Origin: Spirochaetia bacterium
Lineage (GTDB): Bacteria; Spirochaetota; Spirochaetia; SZUA-6; Bin103
Reading direction: 5' to 3'
Assembly (NCBI GenBank): GCA_965198005.1
Contig: CBDAOI010000004.1
Location: 448,001-512,000 of the forward strand
DNA length: 64,000 nt
Below the pieces are notes generated by a model. The model saw only the letters and a program-made list of their open reading frames with translations. It made no database searches and was not told the origin of the DNA. The stretch's first letter is position 1. The number at the start of each line of letters is the position of its first letter. A program made the translations under genes and the position numbers. Below are positions 19,043 through 28,893 of this stretch, in pieces.

Positions 19043-19672
19043 CTACGGCAGCACCAGCGCCCGCACTTCTCGGATGAAGAACTGCTTGCACGGCGACCAT
19101 TCGAAGGGCGCAAGCATGCGCGGCAGCGGCTCCGCTTCGGCATCGTCGAAGTAGGTCAGGCTCATCGCTACCTGATAGGGATTCAAACGGCCCGGTCCAT
19201 ACTTCCGCGGCAACAGTTGCAGGTAATCGCCGAGAGCGGGACCGGTCTGCAGGATCGAAAACAGGTCGACGAAGTCCCTGCGGCTGCCGCGATTGGTTAC
19301 CGCCAACAGCTTCATCAGAGCGATGTCGCGCACGTCGGCAACGCCGAAGAACGTGTACGGTGTCACCGGAAACAGGAACGGATCCCCAACCTGAAAGAAG
19401 GACAGCTTGACGCCTCGCATGAGCACGCTCAACGTGCGCTCATCCGAGTACAGGGTGTCGCACGCGGCCACTTCCCCCAACTTGTCGAACAGCGTCGCGG
19501 TGTCTACGCCGCGCACGCAAAAGAAGTCCAAGTCCTCGGAGATTCGGTGGCCGAGCTGCAGCGCCAACCCGGTTCCGCCGGCCAGCACCCAGCCGCAGAA
19601 CTCGGCGGCCCCGCGGCCGTTCAGCGAGGCCAGGAGCTCGCCGCTGGTTGCTGGGAGCACTTCCGTGTGCAC
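19043..19672 (-). CDS. AbiEii/AbiGii-family nucleotidyltransferase toxin
   Basis: LAGGTGLALQLGHRISEDLDFF; MKLLAVTNRGSRRDFVDL. Confidence 0.9.
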   Translation of the reverse strand: MHTEVLPATSGELLASLNGRGAAEFCGWVLAGGTGLALQLGHRISEDLDFFCVRGVDTATLFDKLGEVAACDTLYSDERTLSVLMRGVKLSFFQVGDPFLFPVTPYTFFGVADVRDIALMKLLAVTNRGSRRDFVDLFSILQTGPALGDYLQLLPRKYGPGRLNPYQVAMSLTYFDDAEAEPLPRMLAPFEWSPCKQFFIREVRALVLP

Positions 19673-19944
19673 GCCACACCCTCCAGTTTCAGAACGGCGT
19701 CCCACAGCGCGGCCACCTTCGCCGATTGCATTCTGACGCCGGAGATCGTTTCCAGAAACGCGCGCCGCCCCATGACTGCCGCGAGCCCGCGTACGTCTTC
19801 CAGATCACCAAAGTGGATGACCCGCGAAACCACCCAACGGGGATACGTTTCCAAGTCGGTGGCGGACAGGGGGCGATCCCAGAACAACCTGGCCGCCCGC
19901 TGCAGAACACGATCCCTGGAGACCATCCCCCGCGGTCGCTGCAT
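19621..19944 (-). CDS. Putative cognate antitoxin (DUF6922-like)
   Basis: LFWD...DLETYPRWVVSRVIHFGDLED; overlaps the toxin start. Confidence 0.7.
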   Translation of the reverse strand: MQRPRGMVSRDRVLQRAARLFWDRPLSATDLETYPRWVVSRVIHFGDLEDVRGLAAVMGRRAFLETISGVRMQSAKVAALWDAVLKLEGVACTRKCSQQPAASSWPR

Positions 19945-20035
19945 CGTTCTGCCAGTATAGCACGAACGGAGCCTCCCCGCGTTGGAGGATCGTGCGAAGC
20001 GAGCCATGCTGGCGGCTGAGTGGCAACAGCAGGGC

Positions 20036-20077
20036 GCGGGCGCCGCGCCGTTCGACCGGCTGCGTGCGGTCGGCTGT
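20036..20077 (+). repeat. 42-bp exact copy of dienelactone hydrolase coding sequence 23894-23935
   Basis: gcgggcgccgcgccgttcgaccggctgcgtgcggtcggctgt. Confidence 0.92.
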
Positions 20078-20131
20078 GGTACCATGGACGCCATGACTGG
20101 GGACGGCGCGCCGAGCCGTAGGGCGCACGGG

Positions 20132-20386
20132 ATGCTCAGCCGCGATTCGTCGCCCGAGGTCGAGCGGCTGCAGATCGACCTCTGGCGGCGGATGTCACCT
20201 CTCGACAAGGGGCGCGCCGTAGATGGCCTGAGCCGCGCTACCGATGAGTTGGCCCTGGCCGGTATCCGGCAACGCCATCCGCACGCCCCCGAGCACGAAT
20301 GCCGGCTGCGTCTCGCCGTGCTCAAGCTCGGCCCGCAGCTCGCGGCTCGCGTGTACCCGGAGGCGGCAGCTCTGTTCGACTCCTGA
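20132..20386 (+). CDS. Small conserved hypothetical protein, possible antitoxin-like partner
   Basis: DSSPEVERLQIDLWRRMSP...LAGIRQRHP pattern recalled from genes upstream of nucleotidyltransferases. Confidence 0.55.
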   Translation: MLSRDSSPEVERLQIDLWRRMSPLDKGRAVDGLSRATDELALAGIRQRHPHAPEHECRLRLAVLKLGPQLAARVYPEAAALFDS

Positions 20387-20480
20387 TGGGGCAGGGCGGG
20401 TAGGGTCAGTTACTACCGACCACTCTCCGGCGGCCCGGGCGGTCGGCAACACCAACGCGAGAACGCTGCTGCACGATGGC

Positions 20481-20509
20481 TTGACACGGCTCTGCCGCTG
20501 GACTATCAA
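20481..20509 (+). promoter_or_regulatory. Putative sigma70 promoter of the cupin-ADH-GH2 operon
   Basis: TTGACA-17 bp-TATCAA; GGAGG then ATG at 20543. Confidence 0.5.
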
Positions 20510-20542
20510 GGCGTTCCCAGAACGACCTGGATGGAGGCAACG

Positions 20543-20985
20543 ATGGAGAACGAGAAAGGTCCACCGAGGCGGACGTAGCGCAATTCAGCGCGCCGGAGAA
20601 GTTGACCGAGGCTACCGCGGTCAATCCGGACGACGTCGACTGGCTGTTCCTGAAGAAGCCGGGTGGCGTGGTCGACCTGGTGGAACCGGGGGATAGCTGC
20701 TTCAAAATCGTGATTCCGGGGGACAAGCTCCAGGCCGGCATCTGGCAGGCGCTGCCCGGCGAGGTATTCTGGATGGATCTGCACCCCGAGAGCGACGAGT
20801 TTTGGTACATCATCAAGGGTGAGTGCACCTTCTGGCTGCCCGACACCAAAGAGATGAAGACCGCCAAACAGGGCGAGTTCTTCTACGTTCCCGCCGGGGT
20901 GCGCCACCAGTCGATCAACCGCTCGACCGAAGAGCTGGTGCTGATCTACGCGTCCGCTCCGGTGGTATCGGCCACCCATCACTAG
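20543..20985 (+). CDS. Cupin-domain protein (probable 1-nt frameshift near 20557; main ORF 20602-20985)
   Basis: LHPESDEFWYIIKG...FYVPAGVRH. Confidence 0.75.
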
Positions 20986-21008
20986 GCGCCCCGCCGCCGG
21001 AGGTAATC

Positions 21009-21834
21009 ATGGAAACTCGCGGCATCTATCTGCCGGGCAACAAGGAAGCCCACGTCAAGGAGTGGACCGTGTCCGAGCCACGCGGCGACGAGGTGCTGAT
21101 TCAGGTCAAGGCGGCCGCACTGTGCGCCAGCGACATGAGCATCTACAAGGGGAATCCCCTGATCCCGGGCTATCCTTCCGGCACGTTCATCGTCGGCCAT
21201 GAGCCGTGCGGCATCGTCGCCGGGACCGGCCCCGACGTGCGCCGGGTGCGCGAAGGCGACCGGGTGGCGATCATCGCGTTCACGAGCTGCGGCGACTGCG
21301 ACTACTGCCGCACCGGAGAGCCGATGCTGTGCGCTGAGATGGGGGTGATCGGGTTCACCGCGCACGGCGGCGACGCCGACTACCTGGTCGTGCCCGAGCG
21401 CATGTGCCTGCCGCTGCCGGACGCGGTCAAGCGACGTGGTCGGCGCCATTTCCACCGACGTGCTGGGCAACCTCTACTCCACGATGAACGAGCTGGAGCT
21501 GGGCGCGGACGACCTCGTGGCAATCGCCGGCTGCGGCCCGATGGGCCTGGCGGGCGGGAACCATGGCGTGGTCGCCCAGATCGGCGAACCGGGCGACCAG
21601 CCGATCACGATCAACCCCAGCGAGCAGTTGATCAGAAAGAAGCTCACCTACCTCGGGTCATGGTACTTCAAGCTGACCGAGTGGGACCAAATCATCGACT
21701 TCATCCTGGCGATCGGCAACGACAAGGCGGAACGGATCGTCTCGCGCCGGTACCGGCTGGAGGAGGAAGCCGCGAGCGAGGGCTTCCGCCTGTTCAGCGA
21801 GCACAAGACCCTCAAGGTCGTCTTCACTCCCTGA
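21009..21834 (+). pseudogene. Zn-dependent alcohol dehydrogenase, frameshifted (~21430) and internally deleted (~21553)
   Basis: LCASD, GHEPCG, CGDCDYC; GCGPMGLAG jumps directly to NHGVVAQIG. Confidence 0.85.
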
Positions 21835-21851
21835 GCGACCGCGCGCGCACG

Positions 21852-23459
21852 ATGAGCCTGTACGCTTCCACCACCCGCAGAAGGCTGGACCTGGCCGGGC
21901 TCTGGCAGTTCAATCCGGACGAGGGAGAACTTCCCCCGGAGGAGTGGCGCGACGATCTGACGATGCTGCTGCCGGGGTGTTGGAACACGCAGAATCCCGA
22001 GTACTACTACCAGCCGATCGCCTGGACCAGGAGGGAGGTGTTCGTGCCTGCCGACTGGCCGGCCGCCTGCCGGTTGTTTTGCGGCATCCACGCCTGGGAA
22101 CTGGCGGTATGGGTGAACGGCAGTCGGGCCGGCGCGCACACCGGCTATCTCTCCACCTGGCTCGAGGTCGAAGTGCAGCCGGGCAAGCTGAACACCTTCC
22201 TGCTGCGCATGGACGCGTCCGAGACGGACGACCGGATCGGTACCCGCTTCGACGTCAACAACCCAGGCGGCGTGTTCGGGGCGCTGGTGCTGGAAGCGCG
22301 GGCAGCGGTTTCGATCAGCGACTTGGGCGTGCGCACCGAGCTGGCCGGCGGCGGCGCGCTGGTGCGGGTGACCGCGCGGGTCGCGGGGCAGGGGGACGCG
22401 CTGCGGCTGAGGATCCTCGACCGCGGGCGCGAGCTGGCCGCGCACGCCACCGCGCCGGCGCGGGACTCGGTGGAGGCAGCGATCGCCGTGCCGCAGGCGC
22501 GGCCTTGGTCACCCGACGACCCGTACCTGTACACCCTTGAGGCGGAGGTCGAGGCCGCCGGCGCCGCCGTCGATCAGGTATCGCTCCAGTTCGGAATTCG
22601 CACCATCGAGGTGCGGGAGCGGGCCATCTACCTCAACGGCGCGCCCCAGTCGATCCGCGGCATGCTCACGTTCAACGATCATCCGGACACCTCGCGGCAT
22701 CTCCCGACCCACATCATTCTCAAGGACTTCTGGATCGCGAAACATGCCAACGTCAACGCCTGGCGCCACCACTACCCGGCGTCCCAGGAATTCCTCGAGC
22801 TGGCCGACCGGTACGGCTTCCTGGTGATCGAAAGCGTGCCGCTGGTGTGGAACGAGCTGGGCGTGTTCCACGACTGGTATTCGGATGAGGAGTACAAGCA
22901 GATCGTCAAGGACGTGACCCGAGAACTGCTGCGCGAGGCGGAGCGGCTGGATCCGACGCGGTTCGCGCTGTTCGCCACCGGGCTGATTCTCGATGAGCTC
23001 TGCCTGGAGCTGGAGGAAGCGCGGGTGCTGGGCATCAACCTGTACCCGCGGGTGTACGATCCGCACATCTGGAAGACCAGCGATCCGTTGGCCGCCGAGC
23101 TGCAGAAGGGCGTCGAGGTGCTGAGCTTCGTACGGCGGAAGTTTCCCGACAAGGCGATTCTGATGACCGAGTTCGGCTGGCAGACGATTCCCGGACTGCG
23201 GGACTTCCGCAACTGCAACTGGTCGGAGGACTATCAGGCGAAGTTCATCGGCAAGCTGGTGCCCGAGATGACGCGCATCGGCGTCTGCGGGTTCATGTTC
23301 TCCTGCTACGCCGACTGGATGACCCGTCCGGTGATGAAGGCGCCGATCGAGGCCGAGCGGCCGGGCGAGCTTGGGTACTGGGGAATGGTGGATCAGTACC
23401 GCCGGCCGAAGCTGGTGTACAACACGATACGGGACCTGTACGGAGCAATGAAGTCATGA
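21852..23459 (+). CDS. Glycoside hydrolase family 2 (beta-glucuronidase-like), apparently lacking the acid/base segment
   Basis: WSPDDPYLY, FGIRTIEV, RHHYP, LDPTR, MTEFG; no NHPS...WS..NE. Confidence 0.8.
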   Translation: MSLYASTTRRRLDLAGLWQFNPDEGELPPEEWRDDLTMLLPGCWNTQNPEYYYQPIAWTRREVFVPADWPAACRLFCGIHAWELAVWVNGSRAGAHTGYLSTWLEVEVQPGKLNTFLLRMDASETDDRIGTRFDVNNPGGVFGALVLEARAAVSISDLGVRTELAGGGALVRVTARVAGQGDALRLRILDRGRELAAHATAPARDSVEAAIAVPQARPWSPDDPYLYTLEAEVEAAGAAVDQVSLQFGIRTIEVRERAIYLNGAPQSIRGMLTFNDHPDTSRHLPTHIILKDFWIAKHANVNAWRHHYPASQEFLELADRYGFLVIESVPLVWNELGVFHDWYSDEEYKQIVKDVTRELLREAERLDPTRFALFATGLILDELCLELEEARVLGINLYPRVYDPHIWKTSDPLAAELQKGVEVLSFVRRKFPDKAILMTEFGWQTIPGLRDFRNCNWSEDYQAKFIGKLVPEMTRIGVCGFMFSCYADWMTRPVMKAPIEAERPGELGYWGMVDQYRRPKLVYNTIRDLYGAMKS

Positions 23460-24160
23460 GTGGCAACGGCAGCAACGGCAGCAACTGGGAGACCGTGACG
23501 GTGCAGGGGGCGCCGATGCGCACCTTCGTCGCGCGGCCGGCCGCACCGGTCGCGGCGCCGGGGATCCTGGTCGTCCAGCATGCCCCGGGAGTGGACCGGT
23601 TCGTGCAGGAGATGACGGCGCGCCTGGCCGCCGCCGGCTACGTGGCCGCGGCCCCCGACCTGTACCACCGGCAGCATCCGGCGCCGGCGGCGCCGCTGGC
23701 GCGCATGGCCCGGCTGCGAGACGGCGAGATCATCGACGACTGCAACGCCGTGCTCGACCATCTCGCGGCACGGCGGCTGGGAATCGTCGGCTTCTGCATG
23801 GGCGGGCGCGTGGCCTACCTGATGGCCGCGGCCAGCGACCGGCTGCAGGCGGCGGTGGCGTTCTACGGCGGCAACACGCGGGTGGCGTGGGGTGCGGGCG
23901 CCGCGCCGTTCGACCGGCTGCGTGCGGTCGGCTGTCCGGTGCTGGGTCTGTTCGGCGGCCGCGACGAGAACCCCTCCCCCGAAGACCGCGACGCCATCGA
24001 CGGCGAACTGACCCGCCACGGCGTGCCGCACACCTTCCATACCTTCGCCGCCGCCGGTCACGGGTACATGGACTTCAGCAATCCGCAGCGCCACGACCCG
24101 GCCGCCGCCGCTGCCTCCTGGCCGCTCACGCTGGAGTTCCTGCAGCGCTATCTCAAGTGA
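23456..24160 (+). CDS. Dienelactone hydrolase family protein
   Basis: APDLY, GFCMGG, AGHGY. Confidence 0.92.
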   Translation: MSGNGSNGSNWETVTVQGAPMRTFVARPAAPVAAPGILVVQHAPGVDRFVQEMTARLAAAGYVAAAPDLYHRQHPAPAAPLARMARLRDGEIIDDCNAVLDHLAARRLGIVGFCMGGRVAYLMAAASDRLQAAVAFYGGNTRVAWGAGAAPFDRLRAVGCPVLGLFGGRDENPSPEDRDAIDGELTRHGVPHTFHTFAAAGHGYMDFSNPQRHDPAAAAASWPLTLEFLQRYLK

Positions 24161-24219
24161 TCCCAGCGATCCGCGGACGCTTGATCGATCAATTCGAGCG
24201 CGCGTACTTGGTCGCGGGC

Positions 24220-24340
24220 GATAGTCAGCAGCTCGCTGGCGGCGAGCAGGAAGGCGCCGACGCCGTATTCCATCGTGTGCTCGCGCCGGGCGCCGGGCAG
24301 TCCCGACCTTTGCCCGACGAACGGGCGGAATAGTCCCGTG
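24220..24340 (-). pseudogene. GH88/GH105-like C-terminal fragment
   Basis: TMEYGVGAFLLAASE. Confidence 0.55.
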
Positions 24341-24367
24341 CCGAGGTGAAACGCCAACGTCGTGACG

Positions 24368-25597
24368 CTACTCGTGGCGCAGCGCCTCGACCGGGTCCAT
24401 GCGGGCGGCGCGGCTGGCCGGGTAGAGCCCGAACACGAGGCCGGTCCCGAACGACAGCAGGAACGCCAGGCGCACGGTGGCGAGGGAGATCAGACCGGGC
24501 CACTGCGTGAGTTGCGCCACGCCATAGATCACCGCCGCCGCCAGGCCGATGCCGGCCAGCCCGCCGCCGCCGCAGATCAGCACCGCCTCCACCACGAACT
24601 GGTTGAGGATCGCCGCCGGCTGGGCGCCCAGCGCCTTGCGCGTGCCGATCTCGCGGGTCCGCTCGCGCACCGATACCAGCATGATGTTCATCACGCCGAT
24701 GCCGGCCACCGCCAGCGCGATGATGCCCAGGATCGAGACCAGGGCGGTGATGGTTCCCGTGGTGGATTCGATGGTGGCCAGCAACTGCGCCCAATCGTGC
24801 ACCACGAACTTGTGATGCACGCCGTCGAACCGGCCGTGGTTGGCGTCCAGGATCGCCAGGATCTGCCGCTTGGCGTCCTCGATCGTGCGCAGGCTGTCGG
24901 CCTCGCCCCAGAGGATCGATATCACGTCCATCCCCGTGACCCGCTCCACCGTCGAGATCGGCACGTAGACCCGCTCGTCGGCCGTGAATTCGTCGGTCAC
25001 GGAGAGCACCGAGCGCTCCTCGGGGGCGAGTACCCCGATCACCTCCAGCTCGACCTGGTTCTCGAGCGAGATCAGCGCGCCGAGCGGCGGCTGGTCCGGG
25101 AACAGGGCGTCCGCCACCTCGGCGCCGAGCACCGCCACCTTGCGCTGCAGGCGGTCGTCCTCCGGGTGCAGGAAGCGCCCGGCGGCCACGCTGATCTGCC
25201 CGGTCTCCAGATAGTGGTGCAGGGTGCCGTAGATCTCGACTGCCCGCGTGCGCTCGCCGTGGCGGGCGGAGAACCCGCTCCAGGTGAGCTGCGGCGTAAC
25301 CGCGCGCACGGCGTCCGCCTCGGCGTTGATGCGGGCGACGTCGGTGCGCGTGAGCGAGGGCCAGTCGTAGCGCCCGTCGCTGGCTTCGATGATCTGGTAG
25401 TTGGGCAGCACCATCAGCGAACCGGCGCCGAAGCTGGAGATGGCGTCGCGCACCACCAGCTTGGCGCCGTCGCCGAGGCCGACGATGGTGACCACCGAGC
25501 CGACGCCGATCAGGATGCCGAGCAAGGCCAGGGTGGTGCGCGAGCGGCCGTCGGCGATGGCCGCCAGCGCGGCGAAGATCAGCGCCCCCGGCCCCAT
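24368..25597 (-). CDS. MacB/FtsX-family ABC permease
   Basis: GIGVMNIMLVSVRERTREIGTRKALGA; PVEALRHE. Confidence 0.93.
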   Translation of the reverse strand: MGPGALIFAALAAIADGRSRTTLALLGILIGVGSVVTIVGLGDGAKLVVRDAISSFGAGSLMVLPNYQIIEASDGRYDWPSLTRTDVARINAEADAVRAVTPQLTWSGFSARHGERTRAVEIYGTLHHYLETGQISVAAGRFLHPEDDRLQRKVAVLGAEVADALFPDQPPLGALISLENQVELEVIGVLAPEERSVLSVTDEFTADERVYVPISTVERVTGMDVISILWGEADSLRTIEDAKRQILAILDANHGRFDGVHHKFVVHDWAQLLATIESTTGTITALVSILGIIALAVAGIGVMNIMLVSVRERTREIGTRKALGAQPAAILNQFVVEAVLICGGGGLAGIGLAAAVIYGVAQLTQWPGLISLATVRLAFLLSFGTGLVFGLYPASRAARMDPVEALRHE

Positions 25598-25609
25598 GTC
25601 CCGGTTCTT

Positions 25610-26827
25610 TCAGTCACGGCTCATGGCGACCACCGGCGGCAGCCGCGCCGCCTTGACCGCCGGATAGACGCCGAAGAACAGGCCGGTCGCCACCGCCGTG
25701 GCCAGGCCGACCACCGCCACTTCCGGCAGGATCAGGTCCCAGCCCAGCGCCAAGGCCACGGCCACGGTGCCGCCGAACCCGAGCAGCACCCCGCACACTC
25801 CGCCCAGCAGGCAGATCACCACCGACTCGATCAGGAACTGTCCGAGAATGTCGCCGTCGCGGGCGCCGACCGCCTTGCGCAGGCCGATCTCGCCGGTGCG
25901 CTCGCTCACGCTCACCAGCATGATGTTCATGATCCCCAGGCCGCCGACCAGCAGCGAAATGCCGGCGACCAGGGTCACCACTGTGGTGATCACCCTCAGC
26001 ACCCGCGCCTCGGTCTCGATCCGCGCCTGATCGGTCGCCGCCACGAACGGCCGCACCGACGGCGACCCCGGCAGCACCCGGTCGAGGAACCGTTGCACGC
26101 GCGTGATCGACTCGCCGAGCCGCGCCGAGTCGCGCGCGCGCAGGGTTATCGCCGGAACGTGCGGTCCCACGGCGCGGTCCCACGGGTAGACGGTGCGGTA
26201 GAGCGCGTGCGGCAGGTAGCAGGTGCGCTCGTCGGCGCCGTCGCCGGTGGACCGGGCGTCGCGCGCCGCCAGCACGCCCACCACCTGCAACTGCAGGCCG
26301 CCGGCGCTCACGACGCTGCCGACCGCGCGCTCGGGACCGTCGAACAGGCTGTGCGCGATGCGGTCGCCCAGCACGATCACCTTGCGCCGCTGCAGCCGAT
26401 CCTGCCGGTCGAGAAAGCGGCCGGCCTGGACCGGCACCGGCCACAGCTCCGGGTACTCGGGACCGACGCCGAACAGCCTGGCCGGCGCGGTGCGGTCGCG
26501 GTAGCGTAATTCGGCGTCGCCGCGCAGGATCGGGCTCAGCCAGCTCGTGTCGGCCACCAGCGCGGCGATCGCCTCCAGGTGCTCCAGGCGCAGGTGCTGG
26601 TCGCGCCGTTGATCCTCCCAGCCCCCGTCCTCCGGCTCGATCCAGTACAGCGCCCCGCCGAGGGAGGCGATGTCGCCCATCACCGCCCGGCGGCCCATGA
26701 TCCCGATCGCCATCACCGCGATCACCGAGGCGACGCCGATCACGATGCTGAGGATGGTCAAGGCGGTGCGCAGCTTGTTGTGGCGCACGGTGTCGAACGC
26801 CTGGCGGACGCCTTCGGTCAGCCGCAT
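25610..26827 (-). CDS. MacB/FtsX-family ABC permease
   Basis: GIMNIMLVSVSERTGEIGLRKAVGA. Confidence 0.93.
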   Translation of the reverse strand: MRLTEGVRQAFDTVRHNKLRTALTILSIVIGVASVIAVMAIGIMGRRAVMGDIASLGGALYWIEPEDGGWEDQRRDQHLRLEHLEAIAALVADTSWLSPILRGDAELRYRDRTAPARLFGVGPEYPELWPVPVQAGRFLDRQDRLQRRKVIVLGDRIAHSLFDGPERAVGSVVSAGGLQLQVVGVLAARDARSTGDGADERTCYLPHALYRTVYPWDRAVGPHVPAITLRARDSARLGESITRVQRFLDRVLPGSPSVRPFVAATDQARIETEARVLRVITTVVTLVAGISLLVGGLGIMNIMLVSVSERTGEIGLRKAVGARDGDILGQFLIESVVICLLGGVCGVLLGFGGTVAVALALGWDLILPEVAVVGLATAVATGLFFGVYPAVKAARLPPVVAMSRD

Positions 26828-26854
26828 GGCGGGTGGCGGTGGCCGGCCTGCGGC

Positions 26855-27565
26855 CTACGGGACCGGCGCGGCCTGCGCAGCCGGCCGCGCGGCGCGCTGG
26901 TCCCGGATCACGCGTCCGTCGCGCAGGTGGATGACGCGGTGGGCGTGCGCGGCGATCTCGGCATTGTGGGTTACCAGGAGGATCGTGGCTCCCGCCCGGT
27001 GCAGATCGACCAGAAGCTGCATGATCTCGGCACCGTGGGTGGAGTCCAGGTTGCCGGTCGGCTCGTCCGCGAACACCAGCGACGGATCGTTGACCAGGGC
27101 CCGCGCGATGGCGACCCGTTGCCGCTGGCCGCCGGACAGCTCGGTCGGGCGGTGGCGCATGCGGTCGGCCAGATTGACCCGTTCGAGGGCGCGGGCGGCC
27201 CGTTCGCGGCGGGCGCGCCGGGTCACGCCGGCGTAGATCAGCGGCAGCTCGACGTTGCGCAGGGCGGTCAGGCGCGGCAGCAGATTGAAGGTCTGAAAGA
27301 TGAACCCGATGCGGCCGTTGCGCACCTGCGCCAGCTCGCGGTCGGTCATGCGGGCGACGTCGGTGCCGGCCAGGAGGTAGCGGCCGGCGGTGGGCCGGTC
27401 CAGGCAGCCGATGATGTTCATCAGCGTCGACTTGCCGGAGCCGGACGGGCCCATCACCGCCACGAACTCATGCTCGTCTATGTCCAGCTCCACGCCCGCC
27501 AGCGCGGTCACCGTGACGCCGGTGCCCATGTCGTACACCTTGCTGATTGCGGACAGGCGGATCAC
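26855..27565 (-). CDS. ABC transporter ATP-binding protein (MacB/LolD-like)
   Basis: [26 protein letters not shown]. Confidence 0.95.
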   Translation of the reverse strand: MIRLSAISKVYDMGTGVTVTALAGVELDIDEHEFVAVMGPSGSGKSTLMNIIGCLDRPTAGRYLLAGTDVARMTDRELAQVRNGRIGFIFQTFNLLPRLTALRNVELPLIYAGVTRRARRERAARALERVNLADRMRHRPTELSGGQRQRVAIARALVNDPSLVFADEPTGNLDSTHGAEIMQLLVDLHRAGATILLVTHNAEIAAHAHRVIHLRDGRVIRDQRAARPAAQAAPVP

Positions 27566-28893
27566 GGCGCCGCCTCTTCCGCGGGGGCGCCCGGCGGCGC
27601 GCCGTCGTCGGGCGCATCGGGCTCCAGGGTTACCGTCAGCCGGTCGCGCAGCAGGGACAGGTTGCCGACTACCACCAGCTCTCCCGGCTCCACGCCGGCG
27701 GTCAGCTCCACCTCGTTGACGCTCGACAAGCCCAGTTCCACCGTGCGCAGCTCGAGGCGGTGCAGCGTAGCGTCCTCGCCTGCGGGCACCGCCACGAACA
27801 CGATGCTCCCACCCGGCCGCTCCTGCAGCGCGGCAAACGGCACCGCGGTGACGTCGCGTTTCAGCTCCGCTTCGATGCGCGCCCGGCACGAGGCGCCGGC
27901 GCGCAAATGGGCGCCGGCGGGCAGCCCGCCCTCGTCGACGTCCACCTGGATCGTGACCACGTGGTCGGCCATGCTCGGGGGGATCAGCACGATGCGCCCC
28001 TGCAACTCCGCGTCGCGCACGCTGTCGGTGGTCAGCACCACGGGTTGGCCGAGCTGGATCTTGCCGATGTCGACCTCGTCGATCCGTACCTCCGCCAGGA
28101 TGTCGTCCAGCGTCGCCACGGTCGCCACCGCGGTGCCGGCGCCGACGTGGTTCCCCAGCGACACGCCCAGCGCGGTAACGGTGCCGGCGAGCGGCGCCAC
28201 CACGGTGGCGCTGGCGAGGTCGAGCGTCGCCTGGTGCGCGGACAGGCGCGCCCTGATCACTTCGGGGGAGGCGGCGACCAGCGCGTCGTCGGCACCCGGA
28301 TCGGCGTCCGGCGCGGCATCCGGCGGTCGGCCGGCAGCCAGGTTGATCTGCTCGCGCGCCGAGCGCAGCTCGCCGGCGGCATCATGCGCTGCGTGCTCCG
28401 CCTGCTCCAGTTCGTCGCGGGTGATGCTGCCGGCGCGCCAGAGCTGCCGGCTACGTTCGAGCGCGGCCCGCGCCCGCTCGTCGCCGGCCCGCGTCGTACG
28501 CAGGCCGGCGTGCAGGTTGGCGAGGTTGCGCCGCACGTCCAGTTCGGCCGAGCGGTGCGCCAGTTCCGCCTCGCGCAGCGCCACCTGCAGGTCCCGGCGC
28601 TCGAACTCGACCAGCTCCTGTCCCGTGCTTACCAGCTCGCCCACCCCCGCGGGTATGCCCAGCACCAGGCCGCCGGTGTCACTGACCACCGTGATGCTGC
28701 GGCGCGGGCGGAAGGTGCAGCTTCCGACCACCCGGGTCTGCAGGGTCGTGGTACGGGCGGCCTCGACGGTCACCGGAATCGCGTCCGCCGCCGGGTCGCT
28801 GCCGAAGATCTGCCACAGCGCGACGCCGGCGGCGATCAGCAACAGCAGGGCCAAGCCGCCCAGGCGCAGGCCGCGGCGGGTCCGGGGTTTCAT
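27562..28893 (-). CDS. Periplasmic adaptor (MacA/HlyD family)
   Basis: N-terminal TM, coiled hairpin, [22 protein letters not shown]. Confidence 0.9.
   Translation of the reverse strand: MKPRTRRGLRLGGLALLLLIAAGVALWQIFGSDPAADAIPVTVEAARTTTLQTRVVGSCTFRPRRSITVVSDTGGLVLGIPAGVGELVSTGQELVEFERRDLQVALREAELAHRSAELDVRRNLANLHAGLRTTRAGDERARAALERSRQLWRAGSITRDELEQAEHAAHDAAGELRSAREQINLAAGRPPDAAPDADPGADDALVAASPEVIRARLSAHQATLDLASATVVAPLAGTVTALGVSLGNHVGAGTAVATVATLDDILAEVRIDEVDIGKIQLGQPVVLTTDSVRDAELQGRIVLIPPSMADHVVTIQVDVDEGGLPAGAHLRAGASCRARIEAELKRDVTAVPFAALQERPGGSIVFVAVPAGEDATLHRLELRTVELGLSSVNEVELTAGVEPGELVVVGNLSLLRDRLTVTLEPDAPDDGAPPGAPAEEAAP

Noticed and set aside
1-20400. Integron cassette array explaining the TA-rich mosaic
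   Set aside because: No intI and no recurring attC-like (RYYYAAC...GTTRRRY) elements seen; the pieces are fragments, not whole cassettes.
20823-23459. 878-aa ADH-GH2 fusion protein
   Set aside because: It results from the ADH frameshift reading into the GH2 frame; GH2 has its own ATG at 21852.
12752-23935. 28-47 bp gene-derived pieces as CRISPR spacers
   Set aside because: No recurring direct repeat flanks them and no cas genes are present.
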